Source: an uncultured Gemmatimonadales bacterium (lineage in GTDB: Bacteria > Actinomycetota > Acidimicrobiia > Spongiisociales > UBA5794). Taken from it: DNA of 64,000 nt. The notes below the pieces were generated by a model, which was given only the letters and a program-made list of their open reading frames with translations, did no database searches and was not told where the DNA came from. The translations under genes and the position numbers were made by a program. The stretch covers positions 16,400 through 80,399 of the forward strand of contig CAXMRC010000150.1 in NCBI GenBank assembly GCA_964195945.1, given 5' to 3'. Below, piece by piece: positions 28,542-37,869 of this stretch; within the stretch, counting starts at the first letter, position 1; each line of letters starts with the position of its first letter.

Positions 28542-29585
28542 TCAGCGGTCGAGGAACGGCGGGTTGACCATTTCCACTGCTTGCCACTTGCCTCTCACCT
28601 CTAACTCGAGAGGCGACCGATCAGCAATGGGGGGTGATATGAAGCCCATGCCGATGCCGACCTCGAGCACCGGGCTGAAGTTGCCGGAGGCGACGACCCC
28701 TGTTGCGGCGCCGGAGCGGAGCGGATACCCATGGCGCGGTGGGCGTCGATCGGCGGTGCGAAAGGCGACCAACTGCTTGTTGAGACCGCCATCGCGTTGC
28801 GCCAACAACGCACCACGTCCGACGAATTCGTGATCCCAATCGACCACCCAGGCGAGACCGGCTTCAAGCGGACTCGTCTCCTCATCAAGGTCCTGGCCCC
28901 AAAGCGGATAGCCCATCTCGAGTCGCAGGGTGTCGCGCGCACCGAGGCCAGATGCCACGGCCCCCGCCTCAAGGAGCGCTCTCAGAAGAGCAGCGCCGTT
29001 CTCGTTGGGTACCGCTACCTCGGCGCCTCTCTCACCGGTATACCCGGTGCCTGCAGTCCACATCGGGCCACCGGCAAACTCGCCGGTCTCAACCCGGAAG
29101 CGGCCGGGAACAAGTCCAATTGCGGCCTCTAGCACTTCGGCGCTGTCCGGTCCCTGAACGGCAAGAAGCACCGTGTCGGATCGCACCGGCACTGCTTGAG
29201 CGTCCGAGGAAGCTGTGAACCGCGCAAGCAAATCGTCGAAATTCACACCGTTCGGCATGACCCAGTAGTCATCTTCGGCGAATCGCCAGATGATGATGTC
29301 GTCGACAACACCACCACTTTCGTTGAGGGCCATTGTGTACTGGGCTCGGCCAGGTTTGATCTTGGTGATGTCGTTGCAGAGCTCGCGTCCTATAGCTGCG
29401 GTGGCGCCGGGGCCGCTTAGGTGGAAGCGGCCGAGGTGGGTTACGTCAAAGACCCCAACAGACTGGCGCACCGCCATGTGCTCTGCGATGACACTCTGGT
29501 ATTGGAGAGGCATCTCCCAACCGCCAAAGTCGGTGAAGCGAGCCCCTAGTGCTTCATGTTCAGAGCGCAACGGCGTACCGGGCAT
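28542..29585 (-). CDS. gcvT: Aminomethyltransferase (glycine cleavage T protein)
   Basis: GARFTDFGGWEMPLQY, GVFDVTHLGRF. Start trimmed to MPGTPLRS with GGAGG SD. Confidence 0.85.
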   Translation of the reverse strand: MPGTPLRSEHEALGARFTDFGGWEMPLQYQSVIAEHMAVRQSVGVFDVTHLGRFHLSGPGATAAIGRELCNDITKIKPGRAQYTMALNESGGVVDDIIIWRFAEDDYWVMPNGVNFDDLLARFTASSDAQAVPVRSDTVLLAVQGPDSAEVLEAAIGLVPGRFRVETGEFAGGPMWTAGTGYTGERGAEVAVPNENGAALLRALLEAGAVASGLGARDTLRLEMGYPLWGQDLDEETSPLEAGLAWVVDWDHEFVGRGALLAQRDGGLNKQLVAFRTADRRPPRHGYPLRSGAATGVVASGNFSPVLEVGIGMGFISPPIADRSPLELEVRGKWQAVEMVNPPFLDR

Positions 29586-29661
29586 TTGGGAGACCTCCAG
29601 AGTCAAAGTACCGATTGAGCCTAACCCGACCCGGGTGTCTGCACGCAGCGGGAGGAGTCCG

Positions 29662-30012
29662 TCAGCCGACGGCCCGCGTGTCATCTTCGCCGAGGTCTTC
29701 GATGCGCGGAGCACCAGGCATTCTGGTTGGGACCGTTGGCAGGCCCTGATCTGGTGGCTCTTCCAGACCGTATTTGACCAGCAGGTTGAGATAGTCACGC
29801 TGGTAGAAGACTTTGCACACGATCTCGGGATGGACTTCGTGAAGGAGACGAGCCTTACGGTTCTTCTTTGTGACAAGCTTCTGGCTCATCGTCGTGATCT
29901 CGATGTAGAGATCATCCCCAGGAAGATAGAAGTCCGGGCGGAAGAACTGGACCGGGTTGTTGTCGGCATCGAATTCAATCGCAAACTCGCGCGGCTCGTA
30001 CTCCCAGTCCAC
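29662..30012 (-). CDS. Conserved hypothetical protein (116 aa), in the position of the small gene between gcvT and the MerR gene in actinobacteria
   Basis: Protein-like composition (FRPDFYLPGDDLYIEI, FYQRDYLNLLVKYGLE). No recognisable domain. Confidence 0.45.
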   Translation of the reverse strand: MDWEYEPREFAIEFDADNNPVQFFRPDFYLPGDDLYIEITTMSQKLVTKKNRKARLLHEVHPEIVCKVFYQRDYLNLLVKYGLEEPPDQGLPTVPTRMPGAPRIEDLGEDDTRAVG

Positions 30013-30107
30013 TTCGTAGAAATCCAGGAGTCGTGCAAACTGCCGTTCGCTCTCGTGAGCGAAGTCGACTGAATCTGCCGGTTGCGGCTCGTCGAGAAGG
30101 TCGTAGC

Positions 30108-30581
30108 TCAGTTGGCCGTCGCCTCCGTGATTGCGGTGACCGGCGCAGCCTCGCCTGGGAACAACTTGTGGATCTCTCCTTGAAGCTCCGCTTGGACAGG
30201 GCCCACGGCGATTCCAAAAACGCCCTGGCCTTTTTGGAAAACGTCAACAACCTCGTCCGGGCTGTGTGCGGCAAAAATGGTGGCGCCATCCGAGAGCAAG
30301 GTCACGTCGTTGAGCGGGTTATTGCTCTCGAGTTGCTCTCGCAGGATTGTCATGGCACTGCGGATCTTCTTGAGGCTCATGCCTGCGTCGAGCAGACGTT
30401 TGACGACCTTCAACTGCACGATGTCGGAAAAGGAGTAGCGGCGCTGTGTCCCTGAGCCTTGGGCCGATTGGACCGAGGGTTGAATCAGCCCGGTGCGCGC
30501 CCAATAGTCGAGCTGGCGATATGTGATCCCAACCAAACTGCACACCTGTGGGGCGCGATATCCGACGTCCTGCTTATTCAC
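30108..30581 (-). CDS. MerR family transcriptional regulator
   Basis: N-terminal HTH VCSLVGITYRQLDYWARTGLI. Confidence 0.8.
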   Translation of the reverse strand: MNKQDVGYRAPQVCSLVGITYRQLDYWARTGLIQPSVQSAQGSGTQRRYSFSDIVQLKVVKRLLDAGMSLKKIRSAMTILREQLESNNPLNDVTLLSDGATIFAAHSPDEVVDVFQKGQGVFGIAVGPVQAELQGEIHKLFPGEAAPVTAITEATAN

Positions 30582-30713
30582 AGCAAGCCTCCTTATGGCT
30601 TGTAGCTTACATCGACGTAATTCCGCCCGTCGAACTACGCCTGTGAAGTTACTGATGACAATCGCGACTTGTCAACAACCCTTGTGGATAACTCAATGAA
30701 TCCGGCATGTCTG

Positions 30714-31214
30714 CTACGACCCTTGGGAGTGCCCAGAATCGAAATCCTCGGGGGTGATGTCTTCGAGGAACTCACGGAAGCGCTCGATCTCTTCCTCTTG
30801 GCCATCCTCTTCGATCTCAACGCCCGCTTCCTCGAGCAAGCCACGGTCCGCAAAAATCGGGGCATCTGCTCTGGCAGCCACAGCTATCGCATCCGATGGC
30901 CGTGCCGAGATCACAGTCTCACCGCCATCTCGATCCAACACGAGGTTGGCAAAGAACGTACCGACGACCAGCTCGGTAACGTCAACACGCACCACCGTGG
31001 CCCCGAGCGACTCGATCACTAGTGCTAGCAAATCGTGTGTCATCGGCCGCTGCGGTTCTACGCCCTGAAGTGCCAAGGCGATGGCGGTAGCTTCGTTGGG
31101 CCCGATCCAAATCGGCAAGTATCGGGAGCCATCGCTCTCGCGAAGCAGCAAGATGGGCACGTTGGTTGGGAGCTCGATGCGTACTCCGACCAGTTGCATT
31201 GCTACGGGATCCAT
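30714..31214 (-). CDS. Bifunctional nuclease family protein (DUF151)
   Basis: PILLLRESDGSRYLPIWIGPNEATAIA, THDLL. Confidence 0.8.
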   Translation of the reverse strand: MDPVAMQLVGVRIELPTNVPILLLRESDGSRYLPIWIGPNEATAIALALQGVEPQRPMTHDLLALVIESLGATVVRVDVTELVVGTFFANLVLDRDGGETVISARPSDAIAVAARADAPIFADRGLLEEAGVEIEEDGQEEEIERFREFLEDITPEDFDSGHSQGS

Positions 31215-31226
31215 TGCGCCAGCCTA

Positions 31227-31823
31227 TCACCGAGGGTGAGATGAACCGTCGCCGCTTTGGCGCTCTACAAATGCCACTTGTGGAAACGTTTCGTGGAGGT
31301 CCTGGAGCCTGTTCATGTCCATCACGGCCCATAGACCAGGCAGATTCCTATAGCGACCTTCCCAATCGAGACCATATCCAAGCAAGAACTCGTCGCCGAT
31401 CTCGAAGCCGCGGTATTCCAAAGGCACGTCGACTATTCGGCGTGGCACTTTGTCCAAGAGGGCCACCGTCTTCAGACTCTCCAGGTTCCGCACCTCGAGG
31501 TTGCGACGCAACGTGCTCAGCGTGAGCCCGGTGTCAACGATGTCTTCAACGAGTAAGACGTGTCTGTTTTCCAGGGAGATCGCCGTATCCATGGCAACGG
31601 CCACTCTGCCCTCGCTTCCGAAGCGCGTCAACAGCAGGAAGTCCACTTCGTGCGGCTCGCTGATACTCCGGATGAGGTCGGCGACAAAGGGGATGGATCC
31701 TTTGAGGACTCCTACGAGGACCGGATTGAGACCGGCATAGTCAGAGGCGATCGCCGCCCCGAGTTCACCGACGCGCTTTTGCAGAGCGGCAGGGCCTACG
31801 ACCTCGAGATATGGAGTGTTCAA
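31227..31823 (-). CDS. hpt: Hypoxanthine-guanine phosphoribosyltransferase
   Basis: PRPP-binding LLVEDIVDTGLTL, VGVLKGS. Confidence 0.85.
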   Translation of the reverse strand: MNTPYLEVVGPAALQKRVGELGAAIASDYAGLNPVLVGVLKGSIPFVADLIRSISEPHEVDFLLLTRFGSEGRVAVAMDTAISLENRHVLLVEDIVDTGLTLSTLRRNLEVRNLESLKTVALLDKVPRRIVDVPLEYRGFEIGDEFLLGYGLDWEGRYRNLPGLWAVMDMNRLQDLHETFPQVAFVERQSGDGSSHPR

Positions 31824-32851
31824 CCCGTCCCACCGAGCGTGATTGGCAGCATCTCGCGGACCATGTCTTCAATCGCCCGAGTACCAGGCGTTTCCCCCCA
31901 TACTGAGGTGGCCTCGAGTCCGGTTGCGAGCGGTTGTCTGGTCTTGATGACCTTCTGGGTCTCCAAATCGAGTGGTGCGATCGCGGCGCCGCCACCTTCT
32001 TGTTCGATCAATGGGGCAAGGAAACGGTCGCGGATTGTTAGACGGCCGGTGACATAGTCAAACATCGCGGCAGTGTCGGCGAAATGATTCTCGCTGCCCA
32101 TAACCACCCCAACAAAGGTTTGTCCGTCCGCCTCCACCGCGGACACCAAGACCCGACCGGCTTCGCCCGTATATCCCGTCTTCATCCCGACAACGCCTGG
32201 ATACTTGTTGAGAAGGAGGTTCGTATTGGCTGCTATCCGGTCTGCTCCGTTTGGCGCGGGTTTGAATCTGATGAAGCCAGTCCGCGTCAACTGTTTCAGC
32301 ACCTCGTCTTTGAGAACGGCCACCGCAATAGCGGTCAGGTCGCGGGCCGATGTGTAGTGACCTTCTGCGTCGAGGCCATGCGGGTTGACGAAGTGGGAGT
32401 GTGCAAGGCCCATCTCCGCTGCGGTCTCGTTCATCAGCGCCGCAAAACCCTCCACGCTCCCGCCAACGTGCTCAGCCAGTGCATACGCTGCATCGTTTCC
32501 CGACCGGATCAACACGGCCCCGAGCAAGTCTCTGATGCTCCAGACCTCCCCGGCGACGAGCCCGACTTCGGCCTCCCCCACGTCTGCGGCTGTTTCTGAA
32601 ATACGGACCCGGTCGTCGAGCTCGGCGTGTTCTCGCACAACCAGCGCCGTCATCAGCTTTGTCACTGACGCCATCGCCAGTTCCTCGTCGGCATTGTTTT
32701 CGAGGAGGCTTATCCCTGTTCCCACATCGACGACGATCCACGCTGCCGCCTCCAGCGCCGGGGGTTGCGGTATCGAAGGGAATTGCACAGGTGAAGAGAG
32801 CATGCTCAACGCAGCCAGCACAGCGATTGGTGAAAGCAGCCGCTGCATCAT
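31820..32851 (-). CDS. D-alanyl-D-alanine carboxypeptidase (peptidase S11)
   Basis: SVTKLMT (SxxK), IRSGNDAA (SxN), KTGYT (KTG), signal peptide. Confidence 0.85.
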   Translation of the reverse strand: MMQRLLSPIAVLAALSMLSSPVQFPSIPQPPALEAAAWIVVDVGTGISLLENNADEELAMASVTKLMTALVVREHAELDDRVRISETAADVGEAEVGLVAGEVWSIRDLLGAVLIRSGNDAAYALAEHVGGSVEGFAALMNETAAEMGLAHSHFVNPHGLDAEGHYTSARDLTAIAVAVLKDEVLKQLTRTGFIRFKPAPNGADRIAANTNLLLNKYPGVVGMKTGYTGEAGRVLVSAVEADGQTFVGVVMGSENHFADTAAMFDYVTGRLTIRDRFLAPLIEQEGGGAAIAPLDLETQKVIKTRQPLATGLEATSVWGETPGTRAIEDMVREMLPITLGGTG

Positions 32852-33573
32852 CCCTCGAGCAGTCGACGGAGCCTCGACCTGACCAGGTTCTCTTGAAGCT
32901 GGGCGCCGGCACTCGCCCCATCGGCGAGCACCTCGGCGGCACGACGTCGATTCTTTGGATTGCGGTGACGCAATAGCGGCGTGACGAGCTGTGCCAGCAG
33001 ATCGACCTCGCGATCAGCGGCGAGCCGCAGGGACCGAATATGGCGTCCCTCAAAGCCACGGCCAAACAATCGATATGCCGAGCGGGCAATCGCTAGGTCC
33101 TCGTCGCGAAACACCTGGCGCCCATCGGGCAATTCGAGCGGGCTTAGTACACCCTGGGTAATCAGTTCCTCTACCTGTTCGCGGCTGAGGCCGCTGGCCC
33201 TGCATAGTTCATCAATAGCCATCGAGACACCGGCGCTGCCAAAGTAGGCTTCTGGCGCCGGACCGCTGTCCCGCGGTGTTGTGGTGTCTTCGCCTCGATC
33301 CCATGATGTCAGCTTCGATTTGATTACCTTGAGCGGCAGGAAGTGGTCGCGTTGCTCACTAAGAACGTAGCGAAGGCGTTCGACATCTTCCTCAGCAAAC
33401 ATCCGATACCCGGAAGGGCTTCTCGTCGGCGCGATCAAGCCCTGAGCCTCGAGGAAGCGCACCTTCGATACCGAGATATCAGGGAAATCCGCACGCAGAC
33501 TGTTGATGACCTCGCCAATGGAACGGGTCTTGCGAGCAGCGAATTGAGCCGGGGCGCTGGCTTCGTCAGCCAT
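32848..33573 (-). CDS. MerR family transcriptional regulator (GarA-neighbour type)
   Basis: HTH SIGEVINSLRADFPDISVSKVRFLEAQGLI. Confidence 0.75.
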   Translation of the reverse strand: MADEASAPAQFAARKTRSIGEVINSLRADFPDISVSKVRFLEAQGLIAPTRSPSGYRMFAEEDVERLRYVLSEQRDHFLPLKVIKSKLTSWDRGEDTTTPRDSGPAPEAYFGSAGVSMAIDELCRASGLSREQVEELITQGVLSPLELPDGRQVFRDEDLAIARSAYRLFGRGFEGRHIRSLRLAADREVDLLAQLVTPLLRHRNPKNRRRAAEVLADGASAGAQLQENLVRSRLRRLLEG

Positions 33574-33979
33574 GTCCGCCGGCCACGACCAGGTGGAACT
33601 TGCCGATGATCACCTCGTCGCCGGGCTGCAACCTGGCACTGTCATGTCGTTCGGCGTTGACATAGGTTCCGTTCGTGGACCGTAGGTCTTCCACATTTAG
33701 CCCATCTTCATCGACAGTGAAACGGGCATGATGGCGGGAAACGGTTACGTCTCCTAAGAAGATCGCGACGTCTTCAGATCGGCCGGCGAGGGTCTTCCCT
33801 TCCCCGAGAACATAAGTCAGACCGGCCCGGGGCCCGCGCTCCACAATCAAGGCGTAGCGAAATGCTCCCTCGATTTTTCCAACCATCTCTCCGACGTCGC
33901 CGGCGCCGCCGTCCGGGTCGTAGTAAACGGTCTTTTCAGCGTCGGGGATGTCGTCGGGCGCGTTGTATTGATCGGCCAT
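33566..33979 (-). CDS. garA: FHA-domain regulator GarA/OdhI
   Basis: N-terminal phospho-acceptor region and C-terminal FHA (GRSEDVAIFLGDVTVSRHHARF...STNGTYVN). Confidence 0.85.
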   Translation of the reverse strand: MADQYNAPDDIPDAEKTVYYDPDGGAGDVGEMVGKIEGAFRYALIVERGPRAGLTYVLGEGKTLAGRSEDVAIFLGDVTVSRHHARFTVDEDGLNVEDLRSTNGTYVNAERHDSARLQPGDEVIIGKFHLVVAGGHG

Positions 33980-34050
33980 AACAATATGGTAGCCGCAAGC
34001 CTCGATAACAGGTTGAGACTTATCGTCGACTGATGAGATAGCTCTCGGCG

Positions 34051-34428
34051 CTACTCGCTAAAGGTCGCGTAGGCGGCAGAATCCATGAGTGCTTCGACAC
34101 CGCTGACGTCACCCTCGATGACAACAAACCACGCCGACTCGTAGGGATCGGAATTGATGGTCTCAGGCGCGTCGACAAGCACCTCGTTAGCAGCCACAAC
34201 CGTTCCAGCGATGGGCGAATAAACGTCTGCCACCGATTTCGTCGACTCGATCTCTGCGAAGGCTTCCCCCGCCGCCAGTTCGGCACCCACCTCGGGAAGG
34301 TCGACGAAGACGACATCTCCGAGAGCATCCTGGGCGAAATCGGTTATTCCGACGCGGACCTTGCCATCGTCTTCAATCGCTACCCATTCATGGTTCTCGG
34401 TGTAACGGAGTCCCTCTGGAATCTGCAC
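34051..34428 (-). CDS. gcvH: Glycine cleavage system H protein
   Basis: YTENHEWV, lipoyl-Lys motif EIESTKSVADVY. Confidence 0.9.
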   Translation of the reverse strand: MQIPEGLRYTENHEWVAIEDDGKVRVGITDFAQDALGDVVFVDLPEVGAELAAGEAFAEIESTKSVADVYSPIAGTVVAANEVLVDAPETINSDPYESAWFVVIEGDVSGVEALMDSAAYATFSE

Positions 34429-34461
34429 GGTGTCTCCTGTGTATTCGATCTTGGCCAGAGC

Positions 34462-35070
34462 TTAACTTGTCGATCGATTTGACGATCGCCTTGTGCGGAT
34501 CGCTTCTGCCGCATCGCCTGCATATTGCACAGCCACGATGTAATAGAGGATCAGACCGGGCACGCCTGCCAGCCAACCGATAGTGATCCCCCAACTCCAC
34601 TCGGAACCGACAAAGAACCATCCGACGGCCGCATACAGCAGCAACGTCGCCAGCTTCCCCATATCTCGAACATCGAGTTTGGTGTGGCCTTTGAATGCAA
34701 CGACGCCGGCGCCAATCGCGACTATTACCTCGCGCACGATTAGCGGCCATGCAAACCACACGGAAAGATCCCCTGAGATGAGACCACCGATCACTGCAGT
34801 CGTTACGGCAAGACGGTCGGCCAGAGGGTCGAGAAACTTGCCGACCTCAGACACTTGATTCAATCGACGTGCAAGGTAACCGTCAATCCAATCGGTCGAC
34901 CCAATCACACCCAACAGCCAGCCGGCCGCAAAAGGGTTGTCCTTCCCAAACAGGAGCCATAGGAAGACAGGAATCAGTCCGAGACGGACCAGTGAAATCA
35001 GATTTGGAATGGTAAGCACGAGGCTTACGGTATCAGCCGACCCGCACGACTCGGAAGCGGATCCGGTCAA
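34462..35070 (-). CDS. pgsA: CDP-alcohol phosphatidyltransferase (PgsA-like)
   Basis: IPNLISLVRL, DGYLARRLNQVSEVGKFLDPLADR. An alternative GTG start at about 35019 would remove the 38-nt overlap with the next gene. Confidence 0.8.
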   Translation of the reverse strand: MTGSASESCGSADTVSLVLTIPNLISLVRLGLIPVFLWLLFGKDNPFAAGWLLGVIGSTDWIDGYLARRLNQVSEVGKFLDPLADRLAVTTAVIGGLISGDLSVWFAWPLIVREVIVAIGAGVVAFKGHTKLDVRDMGKLATLLLYAAVGWFFVGSEWSWGITIGWLAGVPGLILYYIVAVQYAGDAAEAIRTRRSSNRSTS

Positions 35071-35440
35071 GTTCCTGATCCTCGAAGGTCACGACGAACG
35101 CATAGCCCTTGGCGTCGGGGAACTCGATGCCGTGAAATGGGCTCACAATTGGCACGATGCTCGAAGAACCGGGAGGAAGGTTTGGCGGTGCGCCAACACG
35201 CAGCTTGCCCTTGGCCTCGACACCCATGTCGACGCCGTCTTCATCAATCAGACGCAGCGATATCTCGAGATCGCGATGACGCTCATCCGGCTCAATTTCG
35301 GCAACGAGGGCGACGGTCAAGCTGCGGTGGATGACAGGAAGTTTGCGGGCGCTGATGGTATCGAACCCGCCCCCGAGGACGAAAAGCTTCCCGCCCTGAA
35401 CTTGGGCCGAATCGGCCAGCATCGCCGTGGTCAAACGCAC
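35033..35440 (-). CDS. Hypothetical protein (135 aa)
   Basis: Protein-like ORF with no recognisable motif. Lies inside the conserved pgsA-gcvH locus. Confidence 0.5.
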   Translation of the reverse strand: MRLTTAMLADSAQVQGGKLFVLGGGFDTISARKLPVIHRSLTVALVAEIEPDERHRDLEISLRLIDEDGVDMGVEAKGKLRVGAPPNLPPGSSSIVPIVSPFHGIEFPDAKGYAFVVTFEDQELDRIRFRVVRVG

Positions 35441-35606
35441 CGTTGTCTCCTCATCTTGCAGGCATATCCAAGGTTAATACCCGCACCGGTCACTTCTGTT
35501 CCATCTCCTACCCCCCTGTATCGGTCGGTTGTCCCTATGACTCAACCACTGTTTCTGAGCCGTTTCTACTCTTTTTGAGGGACAGAGCGGACCGGGTCTC
35601 GCACGA

Positions 35607-36296
35607 TTGTCGTATTGTCGCCCGATGTCGTTACGGATCCTCACAATCAACCTATTCAATGGCAGGGCAGAATGCGACTCCCTAGCCTCTGCTCTACGGG
35701 AGCACTCCCCCGATGTCGTCGCTGTGCAGGAGTTGTCAGCCAACGCTACGAGCGTCCTGGCCGACTGGGGCACCAATCATCTTCTTGATCCGCGTGATGA
35801 CATAACGGGCATGGGGATTGCCACGAGCCGGAGCGCACAGTTCTCTCGCCCCGACTTTCCCAATCGCAATCCGATCTTGGCGCACATAGAGGGAGCCGAA
35901 TTGGGTTTCCCCGATGGCATCGACGTGATCAATGCTCATCTGGTCAATCCGATTGCCAGGCCCCTGCGAACTTCACGACAGCTCCGCAGGCGTGAGTTGG
36001 CTGCCCTGGAACAGCTGCTAACGGGAGGGGGCACGTTAGGCACAAAAGTCCTGGTTGGAGACTTGAACTCGTCGCCGGCATGGCCTCTCTACCGCCGATT
36101 GTCCGGCCTTGCCACTGACGCCGCCGTCGAGGCAGGAACCGCAAAACGGAGCTGGGGACCAACCACGCGGTCTCCGCGGATGCTCCGGATCGATCATGCC
36201 TTCACCCAGGGGGCCCGGTGCGTCTCCACCCGGCTAGTCCACGTAGAGGGATCGGATCATCGCGGGCTGCTGGTCGATCTAGAGCCGAGCCGGTAG
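35607..36296 (+). CDS. Endonuclease/exonuclease/phosphatase (EEP) family protein
   Basis: LRILTINLFNG, VVAVQE, GDLNS, IDHAF. Confidence 0.75.
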   Translation: MSYCRPMSLRILTINLFNGRAECDSLASALREHSPDVVAVQELSANATSVLADWGTNHLLDPRDDITGMGIATSRSAQFSRPDFPNRNPILAHIEGAELGFPDGIDVINAHLVNPIARPLRTSRQLRRRELAALEQLLTGGGTLGTKVLVGDLNSSPAWPLYRRLSGLATDAAVEAGTAKRSWGPTTRSPRMLRIDHAFTQGARCVSTRLVHVEGSDHRGLLVDLEPSR

Positions 36297-36676
36297 CCGC
36301 GCGCCAGCATCCAACCGAGGGCCACCCGCCACATGACTAGACCGAACCCGTTCACCAAGATGGTGACGATGACGAATGTCGGTGGGACATCCCGCGCCAA
36401 AATGGCGCCTCTCAAGAACGTCGCCAACGGTGCTGCGATGAGCCAGGCCCACCCTATTCGCCAAACGGCTTTTGGGTCATCAATAACGGTGGGGCTGTAG
36501 ACGTCAAGGAAGGGAGCGACGGCGGCCCAGGCAAGGAGGGAGGCCACGAGTGTCGCCGCCATGCGACCGAAGGCATCAAGGGTCAGGTGGGTCGCAAAGC
36601 CGACGATGGTTAGCAAAACAAGAACGGTTACATCGCCGATGATGGCCTTGCGTTGGGTTGGCGTGAAGTACGGCAC
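36257..36676 (-). CDS. Small integral membrane protein (DUF3054-like, 4 TM)
   Basis: Four hydrophobic helices. A 40-nt convergent overlap with the EEP gene makes the true 3' end of one of them uncertain. Confidence 0.55.
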   Translation of the reverse strand: MPYFTPTQRKAIIGDVTVLVLLTIVGFATHLTLDAFGRMAATLVASLLAWAAVAPFLDVYSPTVIDDPKAVWRIGWAWLIAAPLATFLRGAILARDVPPTFVIVTILVNGFGLVMWRVALGWMLARGYRLGSRSTSSPR

Positions 36677-36852
36677 ATGAACTCAGATTCTCGCGAGCCG
36701 AGACCTTAGCCTCAATCCACCGACCCGGATCCGCTGCTGAAACGCCCTAAGGAGCAGGGGCGTCGCCCGATCACGCCATTGTTGGAGAAAGGCGCTTGGC
36801 TTCCACTCGTCACCACTGCAGATCTAGTTCAGGATCGGCTCAAGTCGATCGG

Positions 36853-37524
36853 TCATGACCGGTTCCACGGTGCACGGCCTGTAGGCCCGGTGACGCTGAT
36901 GACTTCTTCTCGCCCCCGCAGCGACATGATGATTCCATCCATCGCTTCTGCGCCAACTCCGACTAGCTCGCAGCTGAGGCGTCTTCTCCCGTCGTCTTCG
37001 ATCATGGAAATCCGGTGCACCTGGGCGCCCATGGCGTTGAGCGTCTCGAACAACGGGGTCAAGGTGCCATGACCGGGTTGGTATTCGATTTCGAGCGGCT
37101 GGACTGTGCCTCTACGGAGGTAGCCCCGTATCGGCGCAAAGCCGACCATCGCGAACAATGCCATCATCAATGCAGCAGGGGCAACGAGGTACAAGCCAAA
37201 ACCCGCAGCCACGCCGAGAGCGGCAGCAAACCACAGCGTTGCTGCGGTGGTGATCCCGGTCATCGTGAAGCCGCTTTTGATCATACCGCCGGCCCCAATA
37301 AAGCCGATCCCGGTCACCACTTGCGCGGCGACTCTGGTCAGGTCGGTTCCGTCTGCTGAGACCGAGGCCCCGGCAACAGAAAACAGCGCGGCGCCGGCAG
37401 CCACCAGAGTGTGGGTGCGAAGGCCAGCGGTCTTGTTTTGGACTTCTCTCTCAATGCCCAGGGCAGCCCCAAGGATCGCAGCTAGCGCGACGCGCGCGAT
37501 CATTTCAAGATCTGTCAACTGCAT
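36853..37524 (-). CDS. mgtC: MgtC/SapB family membrane protein
   Basis: ARVALAAILGAALGIEREVQNKTAGLRTHTLVAAGAALF. Confidence 0.85.
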   Translation of the reverse strand: MQLTDLEMIARVALAAILGAALGIEREVQNKTAGLRTHTLVAAGAALFSVAGASVSADGTDLTRVAAQVVTGIGFIGAGGMIKSGFTMTGITTAATLWFAAALGVAAGFGLYLVAPAALMMALFAMVGFAPIRGYLRRGTVQPLEIEYQPGHGTLTPLFETLNAMGAQVHRISMIEDDGRRRLSCELVGVGAEAMDGIIMSLRGREEVISVTGPTGRAPWNRS

Positions 37525-37563
37525 CGATATCTCACTTGGCTAGCCGAGCCACTGCTGGGGCGG

Positions 37564-37662
37564 CTAGCTGCTCTGCTTGGATTTCTTGGCGGCGCGCTTT
37601 TCTTTCAGGCTCTTTGCCGCGACCTTTTTGGTCGCCCTGCCGCCTTTGTCTTTCGATGCCAT
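37564..37662 (-). CDS. Unannotated 32-aa lysine-rich small ORF (MASKDKGGRATKKVAAKSLKEKRAAKKSKQSS) immediately upstream of mgtC
   Basis: ATG at 37662 preceded by GGAGGT at a 5-nt spacing; TAG at 37564-37566. It is below the 60-aa cutoff of the ORF track, and the table lists a different frame (37532..37744). Confidence 0.4.
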   Translation of the reverse strand: MASKDKGGRATKKVAAKSLKEKRAAKKSKQSS

Positions 37663-37869
37663 GATTACCTCCAGGCCGGCCACTGGAGTTAGTGGCCGTC
37701 ACCATTCTCCCACGGTGAGACCGCAACTGGCCCCATTTTGTCAAACGCGAGCCACACGCCGCCGCGTCGAAGGCGACGTTGGGCGTCTAATTGGATCAAC
37801 AATCCGCACCATGATTGGGTCGCGATTCTGTGCTGCGAGTAACATCGTCTCAAGCGATCGGAGGGGAAG

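Noticed and set aside
29586-29661. Possible glycine riboswitch upstream of gcvT
   Set aside because: The CUCUGGAGG seen is just the SD. The conserved aptamer blocks (GGAGAG, CCGAAGG.GCAA) are absent, and the space is only 76 nt.
29290-30072. 260-aa plus-strand ORF
   Set aside because: It lies opposite gcvT and the small conserved minus-strand gene. It has no motifs, and its composition is an antisense artefact.
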